Both the position numbers and the translations under genes were made by a program. A stretch of DNA of 58,729 bases from Acidobacteriota bacterium (GTDB lineage: Bacteria; Acidobacteriota; UBA4820; DSQY01), in the NCBI GenBank assembly GCA_037445535.1, contig JBBIKI010000004.1, positions 1 through 58,729 on the forward strand, given 5' to 3'. The notes below the pieces were generated by a model. That model worked only from the letters and a program-made list of their open reading frames with translations. It searched no databases and was not told the DNA's origin. Below, piece by piece: positions 38,246-47,773 of the stretch; the first letter of the stretch is position 1; the number at the start of each line of letters is the position of its first letter.

Positions 38246-38773
38246 CTACGATTTCTTGATGGGCGTCAGCAACATGACCATGGTTCTGGCCTCCATGGAC
38301 GGCGCCCGCTCGATTTTTCCCTTCTGGACGACTTCCGTGGCGATACGCTGGAGGAGCTTCTGGGCCATCTCGGGGTGGACGATCTCCCGGCCCCTGAACC
38401 GGACCGTGATCTTGACCTTGTCCCCCTCAGAGAGGAACTCCTCGATGTGCCGCTTCTTGACCTGGAAGTCGTGCTCCTCGATCTTGGGCCGGAGCTTGAT
38501 CTCCTTCACGACGATCTGCTTCTGCTTCTTTCGGGCTTCGGCGGCCTTTTTCTTCTCGTCGTAGAGGAACTTCCCGTAGTCGACGATGCGGCAAACCGGG
38601 GGAACGGCGGTGGGAGCGATCTCCACCAGGTCCAGACCCTTGCCTTCGGCTATCACCATGGCTTCGTCGGGCGTCATGAGCCCCAACTGGCTGCCGTCGT
38701 CGTCGATGACACGGATCTGGCTGATCCGGATCTGGCGGTTGACCCGCGGTCCTTTTGGCGTCGCGTCTCGGAT
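38246..38773 (-). CDS. infC: Translation initiation factor IF-3 (ATC start codon)
   Basis: AAGGAGG SD 5 nt before an in-frame ATC at 38773, giving IRDATPKGPRVNRQIRISQIRVID...GLDLVEI...CRIVDYGKF...KEIKLRP.I..HD...FRGRE. Confidence 0.97.
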   Translation of the reverse strand: MRDATPKGPRVNRQIRISQIRVIDDDGSQLGLMTPDEAMVIAEGKGLDLVEIAPTAVPPVCRIVDYGKFLYDEKKKAAEARKKQKQIVVKEIKLRPKIEEHDFQVKKRHIEEFLSEGDKVKITVRFRGREIVHPEMAQKLLQRIATEVVQKGKIERAPSMEARTMVMLLTPIKKS

Positions 38774-38783
38774 AGCGCCCTCC

Positions 38784-40883
38784 TTATTCCAATTCTAGGG
38801 AGCGCGCCCTGGTTCGTTCCAGGGCGAGCAGTTTAAATGCTTCCACGGGCATCACGCCCTTGTCCCCGCCCGTGCGGGCCCGCAAGGATACGGAGGAACT
38901 CTCCTGCTCCCGGTCACCCGCGACGAGCATGTAGGGGACCTTTTGCAGCTGGGCCTCGCGGATCTTGTAGCCCGTCTTTTCAGTCCGTGCATCCACGCTC
39001 ACGCGCAATCCCGCGGCGCGCAGATCCCCGGCCACAGCTTCGCAGTATGCCACATGTCGGTCCGCGATGGGAAGGAGGCGGACCTGCTCGGGGGCCAGCC
39101 AGAGGGGGAAGGCGCCCTTGAAATGTTCGATGAGAATGCCCACGAACCGCTCCATGGAGCCGAAGGGCGCACGGTGAATCATGACCGGACGGTGCGCCGT
39201 GTTATCGGCGCCGGTGTACGAGAGGTCGAAGCGGATGGGCAGATTGTAATCCACCTGTACGGTGCCGAGCTGCCACTCGCGGCCGATGACGTCCTTGATG
39301 ATGAAATCGATTTTAGGCCCGTAGAAGGCCGCTTCACCCGGCTCCTCGGTAAACGGCACGCCGAGGGACTGGGCCGCGTCCCGGCAGGCGGCCTCGGCTT
39401 TGTCCCAGTTGTCCGCGGTTCCCGTGTACTTCTTCGAGTCGGGGTCGCGCAGGCCCACGCGCACCCGGTAGTCCGTCAGGCCGAGAGTTCCGAAGATGAT
39501 CTTCACGAGGGCCAGGCAGCCGCGGACCTCGGCCCCGACCTGGTCTTCCGTGCAGAAGAGGTGGGCGTCGTCCTGGGTAAAGCCCCGCACGCGCGTCATG
39601 CCGTTGAGTTCCCCGCTCTGCTCCCACCGGTAGACGGTGCCGAATTCCGCGAGGCGCACGGGCAGGTCTCGGTAGCTATGGGGCTGGGACGCGAATATCT
39701 TGATGTGGTGCGGGCAGTTCATGGGTTTGAGCAGGAAGCCGTCGAGGAGCTTGTCGTCGGCCATGATCTGCCCGGCGCCGATGACTTCACGCCCTGCTCG
39801 TTCGTTGACGCTGGCGGCGAGGCGCGCTGAAGCGGCCTCCACCCTGCTCATCAGCTCGGCGCAGGAACAGTTTTCCTCAAGCGCCACATCCATGGACTCG
39901 GGGGCCACGATGGCGGGGAACTGGGAATCTTTATAGTAAGGAAAGTGGCCTGAGGTCTTGTAGAGCGTGAGCTTCCCAATGTGGGGCGTGAAGACCTGGG
40001 CATAGCCCTGCTTCGTCAGCTCCTCGGAGATGAAGGTCTGCAGCTCCTGCCGGATCGTTGCCCCGGCGGGAGTCCAGAGGATGAGCCCTTGGCCCACGTC
40101 TTCATCGATGTGGAAGAGCTTGAGCTCCTTGCCGAGCTTGCGGTGGTCGCGGAGCTTGGCCTCTTCCAGCCTTCGCAGATGCTCCTCCAGGTCCTTCTTG
40201 GAGAGGAACGCCGTGGCGTAGATGCGCTGGAGCATCTTGTTGTGTTCGTCGCCCTTCCAGTAAGCCCCCGCCACGGAAAGGAGCTTGAAGGTCCCTGGCT
40301 TGATCTTGCCCGTGGAGGGCAGGTGCGGCCCCCGGCAGAAATCGTTGAAGGCTCCCTGCCGGTAGATGGAGACGGGTTCGTTCTGGCCTCGCTCAAAGGC
40401 GAGCTCGGATTTAAAGGGTTCTTGTTCAGCGTCGAAAAGGGCCTTGGCCTCTTCCCAAGGCATCTCCTCGCGCCGGATGAGCGTATTTCGGGCGATGATG
40501 TCGTTCATCCGCCCCTCGATGGCTCCCAGCTCCTCGGGCGTGAAGGGGGCGGCCCTGTCAAAGTCGTAGTAGAAGCCGCTTTCGATGACGGGGCCGATGG
40601 CGATCTTGGCTTCAGGATAAAGTTCCTTCACGGCGTTGGCGAGGAGGTGGGCGCACGAGTGGCGGTAAACGGACAGGGCCTCGGCGGACTTGTCCGTCAC
40701 GAGCTCGACCCTCGCGTCGTGGTGGATGGAGGCGTAGACGTCCACCAGCCGCCCGTCGACCTTCGCCGCCAGACACGCCGCGGCAAGGCGGGGCGAAATG
40801 CTCTCACCCACCTGCAAGGGTGTCACGCCCTCCGGATAGGCTCGGATTGTACCGTCGGGAAGGGTCACCTGGACTTGGGGCAC
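38784..40883 (-). CDS. thrS: Threonine--tRNA ligase
   Basis: TGS domain, editing domain (RHSCAH, DFCRGPH), RDHRKLG, LKPMNCPHH, RVRGFTQDDAH, AFYGPKID and MIHRAPFGSMERF. GAGGAG SD before GTG 40883. Confidence 0.98.
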   Translation of the reverse strand: MPQVQVTLPDGTIRAYPEGVTPLQVGESISPRLAAACLAAKVDGRLVDVYASIHHDARVELVTDKSAEALSVYRHSCAHLLANAVKELYPEAKIAIGPVIESGFYYDFDRAAPFTPEELGAIEGRMNDIIARNTLIRREEMPWEEAKALFDAEQEPFKSELAFERGQNEPVSIYRQGAFNDFCRGPHLPSTGKIKPGTFKLLSVAGAYWKGDEHNKMLQRIYATAFLSKKDLEEHLRRLEEAKLRDHRKLGKELKLFHIDEDVGQGLILWTPAGATIRQELQTFISEELTKQGYAQVFTPHIGKLTLYKTSGHFPYYKDSQFPAIVAPESMDVALEENCSCAELMSRVEAASARLAASVNERAGREVIGAGQIMADDKLLDGFLLKPMNCPHHIKIFASQPHSYRDLPVRLAEFGTVYRWEQSGELNGMTRVRGFTQDDAHLFCTEDQVGAEVRGCLALVKIIFGTLGLTDYRVRVGLRDPDSKKYTGTADNWDKAEAACRDAAQSLGVPFTEEPGEAAFYGPKIDFIIKDVIGREWQLGTVQVDYNLPIRFDLSYTGADNTAHRPVMIHRAPFGSMERFVGILIEHFKGAFPLWLAPEQVRLLPIADRHVAYCEAVAGDLRAAGLRVSVDARTEKTGYKIREAQLQKVPYMLVAGDREQESSSVSLRARTGGDKGVMPVEAFKLLALERTRARSLELE

Positions 40884-40985
40884 CGCCAACTCCTCAAACC
40901 ACCACGAGAACCCGGAGGCCGGGAGCCCGGCCCCGGCCATGTCCCGCCGGTCTTGGGCTCCCAGCCCCCGCTTCCCTAAAAAGGG

Positions 40986-41061
40986 TGGTAGGCGCGAGCG
41001 GGATCGAACCGCTGACCTCTACCGTGTCAAGGTAGCGCTCTCCCATCTGAGCTACGCGCCT
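40986..41061 (-). tRNA. tRNA-Val (anticodon GAC), CCA encoded
   Basis: Full cloverleaf: acceptor AGGCGCG/CGCGCCT, D-arm GCTC/GAGC, anticodon arm CTACC-TTGACAC-GGTAG, T-arm AGCGG-TTCGATC-CCGCT, ACCA end. Confidence 0.98.
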
Positions 41062-41074
41062 ACACGAGCTTCAA

Positions 41075-41103
41075 AGTATAGCAGGAGAAGGCGGTTATGT
41101 CAA
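41075..41103 (-). promoter_or_regulatory. Strong sigma70 promoter for tRNA-Val-thrS-infC-rpmI-rplT
   Basis: TTGACA-N17-TATACT with an extended -10 TG. Confidence 0.85.
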
Positions 41104-41116
41104 AGGGGTTCGGGTG

Positions 41117-41172
41117 GAAACGAGGGAAGAAGGAAGCGGGGGAACGAGGGAACGGAAAGATGAGGAGACGAG
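41117..41172. repeat. Intergenic octamer tandem array (consensus GGAACGAG, 7 units)
   Basis: GAAACGAG-GGAAGAAG-GAAGCGGG-GGAACGAG-GGAACGGA-AAGATGAG-GAGACGAG. Confidence 0.65.
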
Positions 41173-41185
41173 AGGGACCACTCCT

Positions 41186-43339
41186 TCAAGGGAGCGCCTG
41201 GGGGGGAGCGAGGGTGGCCATCTGCAAGGCGCCGGGAGCCAGGGGAGCGGGGAACTCCGAGTAGAGACGGCTGTACTCCCAGCAGTTCAGGAGGATGCGC
41301 CGCACGTAGGAGCGCGTCTCCTTGAAAGGGATGGATTCGATGAAAAGGTCCGGATCTTTGGGACATCTGGGACGCGCGAGCCAAGCGTCCACCCGCCCGG
41401 GCCCCGCGTTGTAAGCCGCCAAGGCCAGCTCTAGCCGGCCGTGGTAGCGGTCCAGGAGTTCCCGAAGAAAAGCGCAGCCGGCCCGCGTGTTCCAGGACGG
41501 GTCGGTATAGCAGCCGGGCGGGTCGAATCCCAGTTTGTACCGGCGGGCCAAGATCGAGGCGGTGCCGGGCATGAGCTGCATGAGCCCCCGGGCCCCGGAG
41601 CGGGAAAGGGCGGCGGGATCCCACAGGCTCTCCTGGCGGATGAGGGAGCAGACGAGCAAGTAGGGCAGGGCGCGGGAGTCCGCCGACTGCGCGACGGCCT
41701 CACGAAAAGGCGCCGGATAGAGGACGCGCCACGCGGACCGCGGAAGAGCGTCACCGTTTTCGTTGAAGACCCTCGGGTAAAGGACCCGCGCGGTGCGGAT
41801 GGCTCCCGAATAGTCTCTGGCCGAGGTCTTGGCCAGGGCGAGCGTCCAAAGCAGGGCCGAACGGGCGGCAGGGTCGGTCTCTTCATCGAGGGCCAGTTGC
41901 ACCTCCCTGGGTGCGTCTCCCGAGAGGCCAAGATCCATCAGCAGCCTGCCCTTGGCCAGGTGGCTGCCCGGCGGGGCCGGAGGTTCGGCCGGGGAAAGAA
42001 CTCCAGCCTTTCCAGGTGGCGGCGGCGCTCCCCTGAGGCGGTAGCCGAAGTAGCCGTATCGGTCCTCGCGAAGGGTGAGATCCTTGAACTCCTTCGCCTG
42101 CGATGGCCGCATGAGCCCGCGGCGGTATAGGCTGTAGGCCGCCGCATGCCGGTAATCGCTGTCCGTCTGAAGGTGCTGGACGAGGATGCGCCAGACTCCC
42201 TGGGCGCCCTTGAGGTCACCCGCGAGGGCCCTGTCCCAGCCCTTGTCGTAGAGGTACTCGCACGCCTCGGGCTGGGCTTGGCCAAAGGCGATGAGGGCCT
42301 CGGCGAGCACCGTGGCCCGCCGTTCCGAGGGCTGCCGGATGCGCCATTTCAGGAGGTTGACGAGGGCCTTCTGCCGTCCCTCCGCCGCTTCCGGCAGGCC
42401 CATGACCAAGGTTTCCACTGCCTCGGCGGCTTTCTCCGTAGCCCCCGCCTTGGGCAGGGCAAAGCCCGTCCTTGTTATGGCAGCGATCCGCGCTTCCTGA
42501 GGAGATCCCACGGCCTCGTATGACTTCAGGGCTTCCGCCGCCCGGCCCTGTCCCTCCTGGAGGCGGCCCTTGAGGAAGACTGCCCAGCCCGCTTCGCCGG
42601 CGCAGGAAGGCACGAAATAGGGTAGTTCCGTGCCGAGCGAGGCCATGTCTCCCTCTGAAGCGAGGGAACGAAGGTGTTCAAGTTGAATGGCCGAGGGGAG
42701 GCCGCCGAATGCCTTCTTCCAATGGGGCCGCGCCTTGAAGAAGGCCTCTGAAGGGGAGAGGGCGGGCGCCCTCGTCCAGAGCCAGAGGGCCAAGACTTTG
42801 GCCTCCTCGGTTCCTCCCGTATCCTCCAGGAGCCCCCCGAGGCGGGCGTGGAGGGCCGGGTCCTGTGGCGCGGCGGCCAAGAGGGCGCGCACGTAGGGGA
42901 TGGCCCCCGCCTTGTCTCCAGCGGCCTCCGCCTGCTCCGCTAAAAAAGCGGCCGCTTCTAGCTTGTAGGAAGGGTGGGGCTGGGCGGAGAAGAGGCTCTC
43001 GTAAAGCACCTTCGCCTCTGCCAGCCTTCCCGCCTGCACCAGAAGCGCCGCCCGCCAGGCGGCTCCGCATTCCCACAGGGGGCATTGCATGACCGAGGGC
43101 TGGCCGTACTCGGCGAGGGCTTCTTGCGGCTTGTTCTGCAGATCGAGAATCCGGCCCGCCGCGAGGTGGTCCAGCCCCTGACGCGCCGAACCTTCCACAT
43201 GCTCCGGGGGGGCAAGAGCCTGGGACGGAACCGCGGGGATGGTCCCGGCCAGCGCGACAAGAGCCCCGGCCAGGAAGAGCCTACATGCCCAGGAGCGAGG
43301 TATCGCCGTCCGCGAGGTACTTGGCGAGTGCTTTGTCAA
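41186..43339 (-). CDS. Soluble lytic transglycosylase (Slt70-like, TPR-like N-term + SLT domain); start uncertain
   Basis: C-terminal LIRQES.WDP.A.S..GA.GLMQLMP.TA, ALAAYNAGPGRV and IESIPFKETR.YV. Signal-like RLFLAGALVALAG. Nearest in-frame start is TTG 43339. Confidence 0.85.
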   Translation of the reverse strand: MTKHSPSTSRTAIPRSWACRLFLAGALVALAGTIPAVPSQALAPPEHVEGSARQGLDHLAAGRILDLQNKPQEALAEYGQPSVMQCPLWECGAAWRAALLVQAGRLAEAKVLYESLFSAQPHPSYKLEAAAFLAEQAEAAGDKAGAIPYVRALLAAAPQDPALHARLGGLLEDTGGTEEAKVLALWLWTRAPALSPSEAFFKARPHWKKAFGGLPSAIQLEHLRSLASEGDMASLGTELPYFVPSCAGEAGWAVFLKGRLQEGQGRAAEALKSYEAVGSPQEARIAAITRTGFALPKAGATEKAAEAVETLVMGLPEAAEGRQKALVNLLKWRIRQPSERRATVLAEALIAFGQAQPEACEYLYDKGWDRALAGDLKGAQGVWRILVQHLQTDSDYRHAAAYSLYRRGLMRPSQAKEFKDLTLREDRYGYFGYRLRGAPPPPGKAGVLSPAEPPAPPGSHLAKGRLLMDLGLSGDAPREVQLALDEETDPAARSALLWTLALAKTSARDYSGAIRTARVLYPRVFNENGDALPRSAWRVLYPAPFREAVAQSADSRALPYLLVCSLIRQESLWDPAALSRSGARGLMQLMPGTASILARRYKLGFDPPGCYTDPSWNTRAGCAFLRELLDRYHGRLELALAAYNAGPGRVDAWLARPRCPKDPDLFIESIPFKETRSYVRRILLNCWEYSRLYSEFPAPLAPGALQMATLAPPQALP

Positions 43340-44543
43340 AGTATGCCCGGCTCTGGATCGAGGGCCTCGGGAATCGATGCTCATAGGCCTCCCGGCTTCG
43401 GTCAATGTCATCCCGCAGGAGCGCGTAGAGGTTCTTGCTCCGCTTCCCCTGTTCTACTTCTCGCGGGTGGTAGAGGGCGATTTCCTGGACCAGGAGGCGG
43501 GCGAAGCGCTGAGCGTCCTCGTGAAGTTTCTCCTCGCCGGGCGGAACGGCTTCTTCTGCGGGCTTGGAGGGGGCCGTCGCCTCCACTACTGAAGGCGGCT
43601 CCACGACTTCCTCAAGCTGGGGGGGTGGTGCGGGAACCTCCTCCACCACCTCGGCCACGTCGTACGTGTCCGCGGGATGGGACGGATAGGCCGTCTCCTT
43701 AGGGATGTCGGCCACGATAGTCTGGTTGGAGGGGACGTCCTCCGGTTCGGGGGCCTCGGCCAGGGTGCCGCTGTCCTCGAAGAGGAGGCTCTCATCGGCA
43801 TCGGCCGCGAGCGCCTCGGAAGTCTTGGGGATGACGATGCCTTGGTTTTCCAGGGCCGGCGGAAGAGGGTCGCGCTTTGGCCGGAGGGGGAAGATATCAA
43901 TGACGAGCGATGCCATCCTCACGAGGATATCCACGCTGTAGTGGTCCAGCTTTCCACCCTCGCCCGAGTCGGCATAGACGAGGGCCGAAACCTTGCCCTT
44001 CAAAAGCAGGGGCGAGATGAGGCTCCGCCGGACAGGGGGACCGGGAGGGATGAAGGCGGGCACGGCGCCGTCAAGGAGCATGCGGGTGCGGGAGCTGGCC
44101 ACGGTGCGGAGGATGGGATCGTCACCGAGGTTGGCGCGCCAACCCTTGACCCCGCCGTCGAATCCGAAACCGTTCCAGCCCTGCACCGCTTCGTCCCGGA
44201 GCACGAGCACGGCTGCACGATGGGCGAACTCTTGAAGTCCCTGAAGGAGGGCCTCAAGGATCTCTGTCTGGCTCTTGGCGAATTCGATGGATTCGAGCCT
44301 GTACAGGAGGACGTTGTTGAGCGCCGCCGGGGCGGACGCGGGCGCGGCGGCCGGCTCGGAGGGAGCAGGGGGTTCGGGAGCCGGAAGCGCTCCGCCGATG
44401 CTCCTGGCCAGATCGCCAGCCTCCGGGAGGACCGGCATGGCGGCTAGGGCGTTCTTGAGCTGCAGGCCCACCGCATCCAGGGCCGCGCGCATCTCGTTCA
44501 GGTGTTCAGCGAGCTTGTCGGCGATCAGTTCTTCGTGGCTCAT
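43281..44543 (-). CDS. Hypothetical protein with GAF-like domain, acidic Pro-rich linker and helical C-terminal domain
   Basis: Long ORF with SD and its own promoter. GAF-like part (RAAVLVLR...GW.G.G; LISPLLLKGKVSALVYAD). C-term HEDAQRFARLLVQEIALY...LRDDIDRSR..Y. Confidence 0.7.
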   Translation of the reverse strand: MSHEELIADKLAEHLNEMRAALDAVGLQLKNALAAMPVLPEAGDLARSIGGALPAPEPPAPSEPAAAPASAPAALNNVLLYRLESIEFAKSQTEILEALLQGLQEFAHRAAVLVLRDEAVQGWNGFGFDGGVKGWRANLGDDPILRTVASSRTRMLLDGAVPAFIPPGPPVRRSLISPLLLKGKVSALVYADSGEGGKLDHYSVDILVRMASLVIDIFPLRPKRDPLPPALENQGIVIPKTSEALAADADESLLFEDSGTLAEAPEPEDVPSNQTIVADIPKETAYPSHPADTYDVAEVVEEVPAPPPQLEEVVEPPSVVEATAPSKPAEEAVPPGEEKLHEDAQRFARLLVQEIALYHPREVEQGKRSKNLYALLRDDIDRSREAYEHRFPRPSIQSRAYFDKALAKYLADGDTSLLGM

Positions 44544-44582
44544 GGGATCCCCTTCTCGAATGCGCGTTCCGCCCGATTTCAA

Positions 44583-44612
44583 ATTGTAGGGACGGGTCCC
44601 GGCGCCTGTCAA
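44583..44612 (-). promoter_or_regulatory. Sigma70 promoter
   Basis: TTGACA-N18-TACAAT, about 40 bp upstream of ATG 44543. Confidence 0.7.
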
Positions 44613-44652
44613 GGCGCGAGCGCGCGGCCCGGGCGAGCTTACCGGTGATGCG

Positions 44653-45690
44653 CTAAGGTGACCCCGAGCCAAAAAGGTTGGGGCCCGCGGTTCCGGGGAG
44701 AGGAAGGCCCAGGTGCTCGCAGGCCCGGGCCGTGATGCGCCGTCCCCGGGGCGTACGCTCCAGGAAGCCGATCTGCATGAGGTACGGCTCGTAGATCTCC
44801 TCCACCGAATCCTTCTCCTCGCCGATGGAGGCGGCGATAGTGTTCAGCCCCACGGGGCCACCGGCGAACTTCTCCAAAATGGTGAGGAGGATGCGGCGGT
44901 CCACGTCGTCCAGGCCGAACCGGTCCACCTCCATGCGCTCCAGACTGTCCCTGGCCATGGCCAGGTCGATGGCGCCGTCGCCGAGGATCTGGGCGTAGTC
45001 GCGCACGCGCCTCAGGAGGCGGTTGGCGATGCGGGGCGTCCCCCGGGACCGCCGGGCCAGCTCCGTGGCGGCCTCAGTTTCCAAAGGCACCACCAGGAGC
45101 TTGGCGGAGCGCTCGGCGATGATTTGGAGGTCCGGCACGGGGTAGAAGTCCATGTGGAAGGTGATGCCGAAGCGGTTGCGCAGGGGCGAGGAAAGGAGTC
45201 CCATCCGGGTCGTGGCCCCGATGAGGGTGAAGGGCTGGAGGGGGAGGGTGATGGTCCTGGCCCCTGGCCCTTGGCCCACGAGGAGGTCGAGCTTGAAGTC
45301 CTCCATGGCGGGGTAGAGGATCTCCTCCACGGCGGGGGACAAGCGGTGAATCTCATCGATGAACAGGATGTCCTGGGGCTCGAGGTTGGTGAGGAGGGCC
45401 GCGAGGTCGCCCGCCTTCTCGATGAGGGGGCCCGAGGTCACCCGGATGCGCACCCCCATCTCCGCGGCGATGATGTGGGCCAGGGTGGTTTTGCCCAGGC
45501 CGGGAGGGCCGCAGAAGAGGACATGGTCGAGGGCGTCTCCCCGGCGGGCCGCCGCCTGGAGGTAGATGTGGAGGTTTTCCTTTATTTTTGGCTGCCCCAC
45601 GTATTCGGCTAGGCGACGGGGCCTGAGGGCCGCTTCCCACTGTCTTTCGGAGGCGTCCCCGGAGCCCTCCAACACGCGGTCATCCGTCAT
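44653..45690 (-). CDS. ruvB: Holliday junction branch migration helicase RuvB
   Basis: [62 protein letters not shown] and EPYLMQ.GF..RTPRGR. Confidence 0.98.
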   Translation of the reverse strand: MTDDRVLEGSGDASERQWEAALRPRRLAEYVGQPKIKENLHIYLQAAARRGDALDHVLFCGPPGLGKTTLAHIIAAEMGVRIRVTSGPLIEKAGDLAALLTNLEPQDILFIDEIHRLSPAVEEILYPAMEDFKLDLLVGQGPGARTITLPLQPFTLIGATTRMGLLSSPLRNRFGITFHMDFYPVPDLQIIAERSAKLLVVPLETEAATELARRSRGTPRIANRLLRRVRDYAQILGDGAIDLAMARDSLERMEVDRFGLDDVDRRILLTILEKFAGGPVGLNTIAASIGEEKDSVEEIYEPYLMQIGFLERTPRGRRITARACEHLGLPLPGTAGPNLFGSGSP

Positions 45691-46850
45691 GCGGCCCCCG
45701 TGAGGACCTTCACGAGCCGGTCGAAGTCCTCGGGTCCATTGTACACGTGCGGGCTCACGCGGACCCGCCCCATGCGGAAGGCCGTCAGGACGCCCGCGTC
45801 TCTCAGGCGCCGCTGGGCCTCCGCCGCGTCGGGAAGGTCCAGGAAGACGACGGAGGAGCGCTTGGACGAGGAGAGCGACACCACCGTGGGAATACCCGTA
45901 CTTTCGAGGCGGGAGCGGAGGTCGTCCAGGAGGTGGCCGAGCCTCACCGCTACTCCCTCGGGGCCAGCGGGTTCGAGGAGGTCCAGGTAGGTTTGGGCTC
46001 CCACCATGGAGATCCACGGGGGCGTACCGCCGTCCCAGCGCCGGGCGGAGGCGTAGGGCTCCAAGTCCGTGTCGGTGAGGAGGGTCAGATCCTCACAGCA
46101 GGGGACCGAATACCATGAAAGGCAGGGGTTGCGCAGGCGGTCCAGAAGCCCCGGCCTCACGTAGAGGGCACCGATGCCGCTGGGTGCGGCGATCCACTTG
46201 ACCACCTGGAAGGCGAAGAAATCCACGTCCGTGTCACGGAGATCCGGAGGCCATGCGCCCACTCCCTGCATGCCGTCCACGAACACGAACTCCACGCCCC
46301 GGCCCTTGAGATCGCGGCTCAAGGCGGCCAAGTCCATCTTGTATCCGGTGCAGAAGGAAACCCAGGAGAAGGCCACGGCTCGGGTCCCGGGGGTGACGGA
46401 GGCGAGGATCTCCTCCTCCGTCACGGGGGCCCCGGGGCGCCCCGCGAAGATCAGGCGGGCTCCGTCCTGCTGGGCCATCTTGAAGGGATAGGAGACGGAG
46501 GGAAATTCATTCATGGGGATGACGATGTCGTCTCCCTTGCGCCACGCCACGGCGTTGACCGCCTTGATGAGGCCGTCGGAAGTGGAGGAACAGAAGGCCA
46601 GATCGTCCTCCGAGCATCCGAGCCACCGGGCGAAGGTCCGGCGCAGGCGCCGGGGGACCTCGGGAGTGTACAAGTCTTCGGGATTACCTTCGCAGGAGGT
46701 CTCCACGAAGTTGTGGAGGGCCTGGGCGACGGGTCTCGGATAGGGCTGGTCGGAGGCATTGTTCAAGTAGACAAAGCGCTCCGCCGCTGGATAAAGGGTT
46801 CGAAAATCATCCCAGAAAGGAGCGTCACCCGGCAAGGTTCCTGGACCCAT
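45687..46850 (-). CDS. PLP-dependent aminotransferase class V (cysteine desulfurase/C-S lyase-like)
   Basis: [26 protein letters not shown] (PLP Lys) ..APSGIG.LYV and RVSPHVYN...D. Substrate unknown. Confidence 0.85.
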   Translation of the reverse strand: MGPGTLPGDAPFWDDFRTLYPAAERFVYLNNASDQPYPRPVAQALHNFVETSCEGNPEDLYTPEVPRRLRRTFARWLGCSEDDLAFCSSTSDGLIKAVNAVAWRKGDDIVIPMNEFPSVSYPFKMAQQDGARLIFAGRPGAPVTEEEILASVTPGTRAVAFSWVSFCTGYKMDLAALSRDLKGRGVEFVFVDGMQGVGAWPPDLRDTDVDFFAFQVVKWIAAPSGIGALYVRPGLLDRLRNPCLSWYSVPCCEDLTLLTDTDLEPYASARRWDGGTPPWISMVGAQTYLDLLEPAGPEGVAVRLGHLLDDLRSRLESTGIPTVVSLSSSKRSSVVFLDLPDAAEAQRRLRDAGVLTAFRMGRVRVSPHVYNGPEDFDRLVKVLTGAA

Positions 46851-46884
46851 GCTTGTCTCCGTCGAAGGCCCTCAAGGAGGTACC

Positions 46885-47649
46885 CTAGTGGAAGAGAATC
46901 CCGAGGAGGCCCTTTTCTCTGGTGACGGGCAACGTAGTGAAGTCGCTCTTGGCCCCCGCGCTTCCGAACTCCCGCAAGGTTACGGTGATGCTTCGGCGGC
47001 GCTCATCCTTGCCCGACTGCACTTGGACGCGTTCGAACTCGGCCTTGACCAACTGGAAGGGCGACTGGCCGGAAAACCAGTACACCCCCGATTCCGTCAC
47101 CTTCACCTTGCGCCCGAAGAGCGATGATTCTGTGGTGGTCGAGAGCCGCAGGCGCGTGCAGGGGATGACGCGGCCCTTGGTGGTGGTGGCTTCCTCCGGG
47201 GAAAGCTCTTCCTTCTGCTGATGGATCTTGATCTTGCGCGCCTGGCCGTGCATGAATTCCAAGGCCCCGGTGGTGAGCTTGAAGGGATCGCGGTTCGGTT
47301 CCTGAAACTCCAGCTCTAGAGCTTCTAGGAAGGGGTTGAGGGCCTCATCTTGGGCAGGTTTAGCCTTCAGAAGAAGGCGCATGGTGCCGTCCTTGAAGCC
47401 CGCGAAGTCGGTGGGGCCGGCCTCCAGCCAGATGTAGTCCACACCATCCCGGGTTTCGGAACCCGTGACGGCGAGGTTGAACCGCTCGGTCTTGAGCCCG
47501 CCCGGCCAGCGAGTCTCGATTCGGTAGGAGGCCCAAGCTCCGGGAGCCGGGGGCAGGGACAGAAATGTGGAGAGATCCTGCCCGGACGCCAGCGCGCACG
47601 CGCCGAGCGTGAGGATCGTGAGCAGGACTTGGCGGAGAGTTCTTCTCAT
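46885..47649 (-). CDS. Hypothetical secreted protein
   Basis: Signal peptide MRRTLRQVLLTILTLGACALA followed by beta-rich sequence. No family recognised. Confidence 0.65.
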   Translation of the reverse strand: MRRTLRQVLLTILTLGACALASGQDLSTFLSLPPAPGAWASYRIETRWPGGLKTERFNLAVTGSETRDGVDYIWLEAGPTDFAGFKDGTMRLLLKAKPAQDEALNPFLEALELEFQEPNRDPFKLTTGALEFMHGQARKIKIHQQKEELSPEEATTTKGRVIPCTRLRLSTTTESSLFGRKVKVTESGVYWFSGQSPFQLVKAEFERVQVQSGKDERRRSITVTLREFGSAGAKSDFTTLPVTREKGLLGILFH

Positions 47650-47773
47650 GGTTGCGTCGCTCCAGGGCCAAGGATACCTGCTCGGGGCGCGGTGGTCAAA
47701 GACAAAGGGGGGATGAGGAGGCGAGGGGGAAGGGGAGAGGAAGGTTAAGGCACTGGTCACCCCCAGCGGCGGC

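Noticed and set aside
40921-40962. Hairpin GGGAGCCC/GGGCTCCC in the thrS leader as a tRNA-Thr mimic operator or T-box
   Set aside because: No Thr anticodon-like loop or T-box sequence is visible. It may simply be a processing stem after tRNA-Val.
40986-41061. tRNA-Val as a prophage or island integration site
   Set aside because: No duplicated tRNA 3' end and no integrase; the neighbours are housekeeping genes.
44653-46850. ruvB without ruvA/ruvC, coupled to a class V aminotransferase
   Set aside because: Split ruv loci are common and nothing suggests a functional link.
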